From Octopus bimaculoides (lineage: Eukaryota), in the NCBI RefSeq assembly GCF_001194135.2, contig NC_068994.1, positions 44,463,597-44,527,596 of the forward strand: DNA of 64,000 bases, in the 5' to 3' direction. Shown here in pieces: positions 38,858 through 49,470 of the stretch. Below the pieces are notes generated by a model that saw only the letters and a program-made list of their open reading frames with translations, had not been told where the DNA came from and did no database searches. A program made the position numbers and the translations under genes. Positions within the stretch are counted from its first letter, which is position 1, and every line of letters starts with the position of its first letter.

Positions 38858-39039
38858 ACCTTAGGAATGAGAACCCAGGTTCGAAATTTCACCAAGACAC
38901 CTGATAAAGGCTGGAGGGTATATCAGCCAAAACGTTGTGCTAACAACAAAGAAGATGAGGATAAATATCTGTCAAATGTAAATAATGTAAATAATATAAA
39001 TAATGTACATAATTCTTCATCTCTTAAATAAAGAACTGT
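38858..39039 (+). mobile_element. Solo arm of the hammerhead-bearing element, core mutated
   Basis: Aligns to 13199-13334 and to the reverse complement of 12938-13093; core reads CTGATAA...AAAAC. Confidence 0.85.
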
Positions 39040-39269
39040 ATTGAGCCCTGTGTTCAATTAGTGCTTATTTTATTGTCTCCAGAAGGCTGAAAGGTAAAGT
39101 CGACCTGAGCAGTATTTGAAATTAATATTGTAATCAGATGCAACAATAGCAACTCAACAACAGTAAAATTTGTCAAAAACTAGAGTTGAATAAAAATATT
39201 TCCTCAACTGAGTTGTACCAAATTCTGTAATTACATACAACAAAATGGTAATACTTTAGTCTGAATTTA

Positions 39270-41684
39270 TTACTGAAAAATGCTGATTGTACCATTATGA
39301 ATACTTACCGGTGTTGGTATTGGTCCTCTTTGTCGTGAGGAAGGGGATTTACACTCCCTCCAAGTTTGAGATGGAACTCCATGAAAAAACTCAGTTCTTG
39401 GGTCAATAAAAGAATCATTTGTATTATGCATTCTAGGTAAATTTCTTACCATAGTAGCAGGATGATAATTGTCTGAAATTAGTTGACTCATTTCTCTTTG
39501 AGAATGGTTTGAGGATGTGTTCCTTTCAGCAGAGAGTCTGTTTTTAGATTTACAGTACTTTATAATACATACAGTAACTGATATCACAATAGCCACAGAT
39601 ACAATCACAACCCCTGCAACAATGATTATCACCCAGTTCATATCTATCCAGTCTTTGTCCGAAGACTTTGCAGTTGCCTGGATCTTTGGGGCATCATTAC
39701 TAACAGTCAGCCTTAAGGTAGCTGAAGCAGTTGCTGATAGAACTGGAATACCACTGTCTTCAACTATAACTACAAGTTCATATTCCCCAGCATCATTCTG
39801 ATAAACCATGCGAGCAAAAGACAACACACCTGTACGAGAGTTGAGTGCAAATAATTTCTTGTCATTGCCTTGGTATATTCCATATTTCAGAAAAGCATTT
39901 CTCGGCGTGTCTTTGTCAGAGGCTTTGAAAACTGTAATCTCGTTGTTACTTTGTGGTAGATAATGTACATTAAGGGTGACTGATTCAACATCAGGAGAAG
40001 TGAAATAAGGGGCATTATCATTCACATCCATGATTTCAACAGTAACATTTGCAGTGTTATTCAATGATAATGTTCCATTGTCTTTCACTAAAACTTGGAA
40101 CTGATAAGAGTCTTTGATTTCTCTGTCTAACGATCTAGTTGTTGAAATAAAACCACCATTGGAAATTTTGAAAGGAAACAAATGCTGATGATTGTTCAAA
40201 ATTAAATAAGATAATTTTCCTCCCTCTCCTTCATCAGGATCTGTAGCTTCCATATAGCCAACAGGGAAATTTGGGCTTTCATTTTCCTTAATCAGAAATC
40301 TGAATGAATCCTTTACAAACTTAGGCTGTACATCATTAACATCTGTCACTTTGACTGAGAATTTTTTGATACTTCGTAATGCTGGTGAACCATTATCTTC
40401 ACATGTCATTGTTACACTAAAATCACTTTTTGTTTCTCTGTCAACTGCTTCTTTCACAGTTATTTTATATTCTTTGCTTCCCAAGGTTTGAAGCTGGAAT
40501 TTAGGATGATTCAGTTGACACTCTACTTCTCCATTTTCTCCAGTGTCATCATCTGTCACTTTTACAAAAGCTATAAAATTGCCAACTTTGATGTCTTCTG
40601 AAATGACAGTTGTCTCCTCTGTTATTCTTGAAACAAAACTGATCTCAATGACTGGTGGGTTGTTATGTTGACTGACGATGTTGATACGAACTAAGGTAAT
40701 GGAACTAAGAAACGGTTTTCCCCCGTCTCTAGCTTCAACAAACAATTTATAATTTTGATTTTCTCCTAATGAAAATTTACCTTTATGATATATTTCACCA
40801 GTTATTTCATTTAACCTAAAATTATGTTTAGCTGCTTCAGATGTTTTTGATCCAAATTTGTATGAAACTTTACTATTATTGCCATAATCCAAATCATGAG
40901 CAGACAGGACAAACACTGGTTTATCTATTCGATGGCTACTATTTATGAAAACATTGTAAATATTCTGAGAGAAAATGGGAGGATTATCATTTGCATCAAT
41001 CACAGAGATCTGAACATCCATTTTCCCCTTTCTGGGTGGAACACCATTATCTGTTGCAATGATCTGTAATTTATATGTTTCTTGTACTTCCCTGTCCAAC
41101 ATTTCTCTTAAGACAATCTCTAGATTATCTGTACCATCAACTCTTTTAGAAGTCACTAAGTCAAATGTTCCTTTGTAGTCATTAACTATTTGATATGAAA
41201 TCTGTGAGTTTGCTTCTCCAACATCTTTGTCTATTGCATTTAGCAGAAATTTTTTTGTTCCTTCACCATCTGTTTCTAAAAACCGAAGATAAATTTCTGC
41301 TTTGGGAAACACAGGTGAGTGATCATTGACATCTTGTATCACAATTTTTATCTTTAAAAAGTTTTCATTTTTCTTATTTTCTCTGAAAATAACCCGTAAC
41401 ATTTTGAAACACTGAGTATCATAAGCACACAGAGATTCAGCATCTAATTTCTGTGTAGTGTACAGCTTGCCAGTTTTTGTGACATTAAACAAATCGACAA
41501 TACCAATTAGGTTAAAAGATACTAAACTAGTGTCTGCAGTTTGTTTATCATAATTTAGATTCAGATTAGCTGCTATGTCTCCCACAAGTGTTCCTGCATC
41601 TTGCTCTTCAGCTACATAGAAAGTGAGATTGCTACATAAGCAACTGCAGAGCAACAGCATGAGAATACATGCTGATAGCAACAT
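39270..41684 (-). CDS. PCDH: Protocadherin, large first coding exon (signal peptide, EC1-EC6, TM, proximal cytoplasmic tail). The spliced form probably ends this exon at 39309; the open frame runs on to TAA at 39270.
   Basis: 814-aa ORF in an otherwise non-coding window. First ATG is at 41684 (track starts at an upstream TTG). Hydrophobic leader MLLSACILMLLLCSCLCS; linkers DVNDHSPVF, DANDNPPIF, DVNDVQPKF, DVNDNAPYF; LDRE/VDRE and AxDxG motifs; C-X5-C (CAYDTQC) in EC1; TM WVIIIVAGVVIVSVAIVISVTVCII. No paralog-level name assignable. Confidence 0.96.
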   Translation of the reverse strand: MLLSACILMLLLCSCLCSNLTFYVAEEQDAGTLVGDIAANLNLNYDKQTADTSLVSFNLIGIVDLFNVTKTGKLYTTQKLDAESLCAYDTQCFKMLRVIFRENKKNENFLKIKIVIQDVNDHSPVFPKAEIYLRFLETDGEGTKKFLLNAIDKDVGEANSQISYQIVNDYKGTFDLVTSKRVDGTDNLEIVLREMLDREVQETYKLQIIATDNGVPPRKGKMDVQISVIDANDNPPIFSQNIYNVFINSSHRIDKPVFVLSAHDLDYGNNSKVSYKFGSKTSEAAKHNFRLNEITGEIYHKGKFSLGENQNYKLFVEARDGGKPFLSSITLVRINIVSQHNNPPVIEISFVSRITEETTVISEDIKVGNFIAFVKVTDDDTGENGEVECQLNHPKFQLQTLGSKEYKITVKEAVDRETKSDFSVTMTCEDNGSPALRSIKKFSVKVTDVNDVQPKFVKDSFRFLIKENESPNFPVGYMEATDPDEGEGGKLSYLILNNHQHLFPFKISNGGFISTTRSLDREIKDSYQFQVLVKDNGTLSLNNTANVTVEIMDVNDNAPYFTSPDVESVTLNVHYLPQSNNEITVFKASDKDTPRNAFLKYGIYQGNDKKLFALNSRTGVLSFARMVYQNDAGEYELVVIVEDSGIPVLSATASATLRLTVSNDAPKIQATAKSSDKDWIDMNWVIIIVAGVVIVSVAIVISVTVCIIKYCKSKNRLSAERNTSSNHSQREMSQLISDNYHPATMVRNLPRMHNTNDSFIDPRTEFFHGVPSQTWRECKSPSSRQRGPIPTPVSIHNGTISIFQ
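39301..39311 (-). other. Splice donor ending the large protocadherin exon (phase 0)
   Basis: Minus strand CCG|GTAAGTAT; GT at 39308-39307 follows a complete Pro codon, 12 codons before the in-frame stop. Confidence 0.75.
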
Positions 41685-41728
41685 ATCTCGATTCAACCGA
41701 CCAAACACCAACAATCAGGGAAATATGT

Positions 41729-41750
41729 CTGAAATTAAAGAAGAATAGAT
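41729..41750 (-). other. Splice acceptor 44 nt upstream of the protocadherin ATG
   Basis: Minus strand ctattcttctttaatttcAG|acatatttcc; the exon would start at 41728. Confidence 0.6.
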
Positions 41751-43559
41751 TTTAGCAATTCATTAAAATTTTGCTTAAATAATATGTATGTAGTTACAAT
41801 ATCTAGCAAATTAATGGCAATCTGGTAGAAAGCAGGTAATTTCTTTATGATAACTTTGAAAACAAGAAGTGTTATGTGAATTTGTATGTGCATATATGTG
41901 TAGCAACAGCAGAAATGTATCTGAATGTAAGTGTTCAAAGAAAAAGTGTGGGTGTCTGTGTAGGAGAATGTATGTATGTATTTAGTTAACTAGTTCTATA
42001 ACATCAGTATGTACTTGCATCATATCTTATGATAAAATAAATATCTGTGCTTATTATTATTCAAATGGTTACACCAACACATTTGGTTTATTTATACACA
42101 TAGATAAGATTAATATTCAGTTTAAATAACTGATTCATAGAACAATAACAAAAATAACATTTTATTATAAAACAGTAAACATAATCGACATAGAACACTC
42201 TTTCATAAGTTTCTCTTTCATAAGCTAAAAGTTGAAGGTTAGCAGAAGTTTAGATGCTATTATTTTAACATATTTCACTCAGTATTTTCTGGATATTTAA
42301 ACAGTTTTCTGTAGTGAGGTTCTGATTCAGGATTTCCAGGGATTTTGAGGTGTATGGGACCATCTCTTAGCCATTATTGTTCCTAGGTCTACTCTCACCT
42401 GTAATAGTAGCACCTGTCAGGGTCCCAGCTATGTGTTAATTAGCATATCAAGAAATTACTTTTGAAGAATATTGCTCACAGACACCCCAACGGACACAGT
42501 GCAAATAAGGCCCTTCACCTTTTTAGTTGTTCATCTAAGAGAAGATAGCCCCATACAAGTCCTGCATCCTGGCAACTGTTGGGCTCACAACACTTCTTGC
42601 ACCAGACCAATACAAGTTTGAAAGACGAACGAGCAGGACTGGCCCCGCACAAACCATGCCCACCATAACAATAAACCATTGCTGCTTTGTGAGGTAATAT
42701 ATCGAGCATTTAAAAAGGGCTAATGGAGTATACCCTAAAAGAGAATCAAGAGGGAGGGACCTGTTAGGACAATCCATACAGTTATACTTAACTAATGTCT
42801 GGCACCACCTACAGTTCCATGAATGCTGCAAATGCATTGACTTGTCTTTCCTTCATGGATTATCCATGAGGGTAGACGTGGTAAGCATACTTGAGGGTTA
42901 GGCTCTTGTGTCTGGAAACAGCCCAGGCACAGCAGAAGCAGTTAAATTACTGTCTCTACAATACTGTCAATCATGGCAAAAAAAAAGCCAACAAAAACCT
43001 CTTCACACAATTGTATTACTGGTAAATCCTGTATATTCTAAAGATGGATAAAGATCTAGATTGATTTGGATCAGTACTTCCCAACCTATGAATCATGATA
43101 TAATTCTGAATGAATCATACAGACATAACAGGGACATGATGATGATGATGATGTATAACATAAAGTATTCAATGCTATTTATATCAATATAAAACTCAAG
43201 CGGGTAAGAATTTAGCAATTTACCTAATGAGTTGAAGAATGTGACTCCACATTGTGAAATACTATATTTTAATTCATAATTAGTGAAGAGAACAAAAGCT
43301 CTGAAGTTGACTTAGAGTAATTACATAAACTAAATGTTTTTTTTTGTAGGGGGGGTGCATTTGTTTTCACAATTAAGGTTCATTTGATAAAACAATTAAT
43401 AAAGTGCTGCTAGCCTATATTAAGCTTCTGTGAGTTAGTGGTGATGATTAATAAGAGAAATATCCATTTCTGTATATACATCTTGTTAAATATACACACA
43501 CACACATACCTACCACACACACATGCACATATATATATCAAGCCAAGTGAAATCATTGT

Positions 43560-43745
43560 CGTGGCCAATGCCAGTGTCACATAACTGGCACTTGTGCCAG
43601 TAGCATGTAAAAATCACCCTTCAAACGTTGGACTTCATGGAGACAGTGACAAGTGACCGTGACCTTTGGTGATATACCATGCTTGAGAAGACTGGTCAAG
43701 CTAAGTGAGAAGGTAGCTTTGGCCAAAGCCAATGTTACGTAACAG
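43560..43745 (+). mobile_element. RTE 3'UTR fragment
   Basis: gtgccagtagcatgtaaaaatcacc and atgcttgagaagactggtcaagc match 10370-10600. Confidence 0.65.
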
Positions 43746-43949
43746 GCACTCAGTTCTGCTTCGAGTTCCAATATTTCAAAAAACAACTATTTCATGTTCA
43801 TCTCAAAGGCAGTGTAGCATTGCCAAAGAAATGAGAAAAGCTGATGGTAAAATGCAAGGGTTTAAAACTAGTGAGGTCACTTCACATGGGGTGAAATAAG
43901 AGTGAAGGTGAGTGGGGGAAGTTGTTGCAGGATATGCTATAGAAAATGG

Positions 43950-44132
43950 CCCTCTCTTTTACTTGTTTCAGTCATTTGACTGCGGCCATGCTGGAGCACC
44001 GCCTTTTAGTCAAATAAATCGACCCCAGGACTTATTCTTTGTAAGCCTGGTACTTATTCTATCTGTCTCTTTGGGCAAACCACTAAGTTACAAGGACGTA
44101 AACACACCGGCATCGGTTGTCAAGCGATGTTG

Positions 44133-44178
<46 letters not shown>

Positions 44179-44302
44179 CGACGGGCTTCTTTTCAGTTTC
44201 CGTCTACCAAATCCACTCTCAAGGCTTTGGTCGGCCCGAGGCTATAGTAGAAGACACTTGCCCAAGCTGCCACGCAGTGGGACTGAACCCAGAACCATAT
44301 GG
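43950..44302 (-). mobile_element. SINE family B, nearly full length
   Basis: Reverse complement of 21400-21775. Confidence 0.9.
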
Positions 44303-44748
44303 AGCTAGTGAGGTTAAGATGATTCCAGAGCTCAGTGTCCACTGAGCTTCCATTTCAAGACAATATTAAACATGGTGGCTGGAATGGAACCACTTATTGC
44401 TGTCAGTGTGAAGGCTGTGCATTGCTGTAGCTTATTGTGACACCATGCAAGTCATTACCAAAATAATACAGGTTGCTTAATCATGTTTTATACATCTTTG
44501 CTCACTCATGAAAAGCAAGAAGTTTTCGATATAGTTTTCGATAGACAAATGAGAAAGGGCAAAGCAGAAGTGTAAACAAAGAAATGTTTATTCCCAGAAT
44601 TCTAAATAGTGCTTATCATTGGAAAGCTTAACTTCTAAGGGGAGGTAACTCTCTAGAAGGTACGTAACTCAGCAATTCAATAAAGGGCGAATAATTAAAT
44701 GTGAATCTGACAAAGTATTGAAATCAATTTATTGGACTAATTACTCAC

Positions 44749-44786
44749 CTCGCTCCTTAAAGGCGGTGACAATAGGCGATTTCTGC
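44749..44786 (-). other. Candidate 38-nt non-coding 5'UTR exon of the protocadherin
   Basis: Minus strand tttctatttttcctctatctctttgaatcaccAG|GCAGAAATCGCCTATTGTCACCGCCTTTAAGGAGCGAG|GTGAGTAA: pyrimidine tract, AG, strong donor, three CpGs retained, no ATG. Confidence 0.45.
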
Positions 44787-44892
44787 CTGGTGATTCAAAG
44801 AGATAGAGGAAAAATAGAAACCTAAGACTGGACTGGACTGGACTATATGTATGTATGTATGTATGTATTATGTATGTATGTGTTTGTATGCA

Positions 44893-44974
<82 letters not shown>

Positions 44975-46087
44975 TACATAAATACACCGTGTGTGTTTGT
45001 GTGTGTGTGTGTGTGTGTGTTACATAGCCAAATAGTATATCCTTGGTTGCAACCAATCAGAAAGTTATCATTGGTTTCATGTCTACTATAGGCAACTCAT
45101 CAGAACTGCTGGCTGGCCTGGTGAGACTAATGATATATTTGTAGACTTATATGCATTTATTCATATAGTCCTACCCATGCATGCATGGAAGACAGATGTT
45201 AAATGATGATAATGAGGAGGAGGAGGATGTCCTAATGTTTTATATAATATAGATACTCTGAAACTCAATATAGATATACCAACAATTTTGATATTATGAA
45301 CCATGTTGCAAAGTGTAAATAAGTGTCCATTTAAGTTCAGAATATCCAATGTATATTGTGTCATATATAATTAATTAATTTTCCATATGAACACTCAGTT
45401 ATGCAAATAAGACTGGCCTTTTTGAGCTGAGTTCTAGTTTGTGATTAATATAAATAGCAATAACCTGTCAGGCATTCTGCAATTGATGAACATCCAAATA
45501 GAGATGAAATGAGTGAGGGTTATTCTACTATTTTTCTGCCCCATCAAGAATTATAAGCAAGTATTGACATACCAGAACAAAACATGTAAATACAAATGTA
45601 GTCATATCTTCAGGAAACTTCAGATAATGCAGTACTTGGATTATGTTATGCTAATTATTTAAATAATTTATATAATTTCTATGTCTAAATAAATCTTAGC
45701 CACTTACATTTTACCTAATGTTATAGATAGATAGATAGATAGATAGACATAGCTAGATAGAGAGAGAGAGAGAGAGAGAGGGAGAGATAGACAGCTATAG
45801 ATATATAAACATACATACTTACATATATATATATAAACACACACACATGTATACCTATATATATGTGTGTGTGTTTGTAACAGAGTTATTCATGAAAGAT
45901 TATCAATCCAGGCAAAATACTTTATAAGTAGTCTCTATTAGTACACCAGACTAACAATATTGCTTAGATTAGTAAAGAACTCAGCATGTTCTTGTAGCAG
46001 GGTCTGATGTTATACTTCCACCGTTCTATATTGTAAATCAATGGTTGAGTCCTAGTTATACTGGTTTTCACACAGAGTGATATCCAA

Positions 46088-46352
46088 CACAAAGAATGAA
46101 TAATGGTTGTTACATATTTTTCTTCATTGTTGTAAATTTGACTTACAGCTGTTTCCAGTAGTTATTACAAGTAAACTTATCAATAACAAATCTATAACTC
46201 CTGGAAACAGTTGCAAGTAAACCAATCAATAGGTGAGTAGACACTTATTGATCAATAGCGAACCTATAATGATTACTGGAAACAGCTGTAAGTCAAATTT
46301 ACTACAATAAAAGAGAATATTTAACGACCATTATTTATGCCTTGTCTTTGTG
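46088..46352. mobile_element. Fold-back element/MITE with ~80-bp inverted arms
   Basis: Perfect 29-bp inverted core 46132-46160 vs 46274-46302; arms extend to 46088-46167 and 46267-46352 (right end abuts a gap). Confidence 0.8.
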
Positions 46353-46385
46353 NNNNNNNNNNNNNNNNNNNNNNNNNNNNNNNNN

Positions 46386-46420
<35 letters not shown>

Positions 46421-46555
46421 TATGTATGTACATCTTTTATCTTTAACTTGTTTCAGTCATCAGACTCCACCCATGCTGGGGCACCATCTTGAATTTTTAG
46501 TCAAATGAATCAACCCCTGTGCTTCTTTTTTTAAATCTGTTACTTATTCTATAAG

Positions 46556-46602
<47 letters not shown>

Positions 46603-48127
46603 TAGAGAAAGAGAGAGAANNNNNNNNNNNNNNNNNNNNNNNNNNNNNNNNNNNNNNNNNNNNNNNNNNNNNNNNNNNNNNNNNNNNNNNNNNNNNNNNN
46701 NNNNNNNNNNNNNNNNNNNNNNNNNNNNNNNNNNNNNNNNNNNNNNNNNNNNNNNNNNNNNNNNNNNNNNNNNNNNNNNNNNNNNNNNNNNNNNNNNNNN
46801 NNNNNNNNNNNNNNNNNNNNNNNNNNNNNNNNNNNNNNNNNNNNNNNNNNNNNNNNNNNNNNNNNNNNNNNNNNNNNNNNNNNNNNNNNNNNNNNNNNNN
46901 NNNNNNNNNNNNNNNNNNNNNNNNNNNNNNNNNNNNNNNNNNNNNNNNNNNNNNNNNNNNNNNNNNNNNNNNNNNNNNNNNNNNNNNNNNNNNNNNNNNN
47001 NNNNNNNNNNNNNNNNNNNNNNNNNNNNNNNNNNNNNNNNNNNNNNNNNNNNNNNNNNNNNNNNNNNNNNNNNNNNNNNNNNNNNNNNNNNNNNNNNNNN
47101 NNNNNNNNNNNNNNNNNNNNNNNNNNNNNNNNNNNNNNNNNNNNNNNNNNNNNNNNNNNNNNNNNNNNNNNNNNNNNNNNNNNNNNNNNNTGTGTGTGTG
47201 TGTGTGTTATAATAGCTGTATCAGACTTATACTCAGCTATCAGTACATCCTCCCCACTCACTAGCTATGCTAATTTCGCTAAGATATCAAAGGCAACAAA
47301 AAAAACTCACTAAAGATATAAACAACCTACAGAAAGATATATAAACACCACAAACAGGTGAGCAGAAGAAAACAACATGAAATGTAATGCAAAAGCCTTT
47401 CGGCCACTTCACTTCCAGACTTGCACCACAGTATAACCTAGATTTATATAAATCATGCACTAGGTAGGTATTGTTATGAGTAATGAAATATCATTCTACA
47501 CACATATAAAGAATTGTAAAAGCTAGCAGGACACAGATGGGGGTTGGTAGTAAGAATGTTTAAACTGAGAGCCTGGGTGGTAATACTTGTTCTGTGAAGA
47601 ATTTTTTNNNNNNNNNNTTTTTTTTTTTTTTCTAGATATCTATAATTACTCTTCTCAGTCTTAATGACTTCATAGGATTCGTCGATAGTTTTTTTTTTTT
47701 GTTTTTTTTTGTTTTTTGTTTTTTGTAATCCATGTTTTCTCTACTTTAGATTGAATCCATGCACAAATAAGCTATTGAGGTTGGCAGGTTTGGGACTATA
47801 CACCCTGGAATGTGAGAATGAAGAACAAAACAATATGGTGACGTTAGCAACAGAGAAATCATAAAGGAACTAGCATTAAGCTTTGGCATTCAGAGTTATA
47901 AAGACCCCTAAACAATTCTGTCTTCTCTCTATTGATTTCTGTTTTCTTATAAAATCTCCAAAAGTTGTGCCTTCTCCCAATTAAATAAAAACAAGGTATT
48001 GTAGGAATGTGGGTTTCAATTGGCAATAGGTCTTCGATGTTCAATCCAAAATATAAGTGATATACACAGGACCATTTTACCAGAATTATTGGCCCCTAGG
48101 CAAAGAAATGCAGAGAGGCCCTCTTCA

Positions 48128-48259
48128 TACATAGGAGTAAAGGAGTAAAGACACCCTTCGGTCATGAATGACTATGAGATTGCACCTAGAAGCTTACCCT
48201 CCCAGGCATAAGTCCAGCAAGATTGTTGGTGGAAGACCAGCAGTCGCTCATGCATACCA
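48128..48259 (-). mobile_element. SINE/LINE 3' tail, further family; second fragment at about 2795-2830 (+)
   Basis: Shared ctggtcttc...aaca..cttg..ggactt motif; minus-strand tail repeats ctttactc. Confidence 0.5.
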
Positions 48260-48789
48260 NNNNNNNNNNNNNNNNNNNNNNNNNNNNNNNNNNNNNNNNN
48301 NNNNNNNNNNNNNNNNNNNNNNNNNNNNNNNNNNNNNNNNNNNNNNNNNNNNNNNNNNNNNNNNNNNNNNNNNNNNNNNNNNNNNNNNNNNNNNNNNNNN
48401 NNNNNNNNNNNNNNNNNNNNNNNNNNNNNNNNNNNNNNNNNNNNNNNNNNNNNNNNNNNNNNNNNNNNNNNNNNNNNNNNNNNNNNNNNNNNNNNNNNNN
48501 NNNNNNNNNNNNNNNNNNNNNNNNNNNNNNNNNNNNNNNNNNNNNNNNNNNNNNNNNNNNNNNNNNNAGGGATTAATCCTAAAAGATTAAAATTAATAAT
48601 TATTAAAAATAATGATGAGATGATTAGTGAAAATCCTCCTAAATTATTTCTAAAAGATCGAATAATTTGAATATTAATAATTTGTTTTGGAATTATAAAA
48701 GAAGAATTGAAAAATGAAGGATGTAGATGTCAATAATTTCATAGATCACTTGGAAATCTTATAGAACACAATCCCTTATGAAATCACAT

Positions 48790-49470
48790 TGCAACAGAAG
48801 ACAGCATGGTGAAGTTATGTGCAGTTTTCATGAAAGCAGATTTGGCAATTACAAGTTCCAGGTAAGTAAGGAGAAGCCCTTCCATGCACTGTTGGGAGAA
48901 TTGGTTTCAATAGTCCTGGAGTTCACTGAAGCAGACCAAGGAGGTGAGGTTCATCCAGTCCCTATACTTGAAGGAGTGTATGTTTTTTGTATGTATCTTC
49001 CCTTAAAGCAATTGATTTCCATGCCCATAAAGTGTCTCACAATACCATCAGATGTTGTGAGGGTTGCTCTATACACCACAGTATTTGAGAGGATGTATGT
49101 TCCCAATGGGCAGCTGGTAGAATTTCAGTAGTTACCAGTGAGAGTATAGGGTGAAGACTATGAGGGTATTTCTTTAGTAGCATGCAATGCTGGAAGCAAT
49201 ATTATTTGAGTATGAATAGTTTGCCTTGATGCTCTGAAAGTTAAATAGTTTATGAGAGGCATGGCTCCTTGGGAAATGCTTTTTAATTAGCATCAGGAAG
49301 CTCATAAATTGCATTACTGGAAACATCTAAATCACATGTAGGATTAAACCAGATTTTGTTTCTCTTTCCAATTCTCTTTGGATTTCAAAATAGGAGTGGG
49401 GATTCCTTTATATACACTAACTTATAAGTAAAGCCACTCCTCACAAGTGCCTCATATATGGGGTGTGGTC
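48790..49470 (-). pseudogene. Decayed Penelope-like element: RT-EN linker and GIY-YIG endonuclease
   Basis: Frameshifted minus-strand translation: EALVRSGFTYKLVY, RNKIWFNP, IKKHFPRSHASHKLFN..IKANYS, SCPLG...VVYRATLTTSDGIVRHFMG (GIY-YIG positions), HSFKYRD, CQIC. Confidence 0.8.

Noticed and set aside
41685-41714. TTG start with a 10-residue N-terminal extension of the protocadherin
   Set aside because: Eukaryotic gene; the ATG at 41684 directly begins a typical signal peptide.
44329-44348. Perfect 9-bp hairpin AGCTCAGTG-TC-CACTGAGCT
   Set aside because: A short isolated inverted repeat is plausible by chance in 64 kb.
44750-44756. CGCT motif as a vertebrate-type Pcdh promoter/CTCF element
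   Set aside because: A 4-bp match has no significance, and cephalopod Pcdhs expanded independently of vertebrate clusters.
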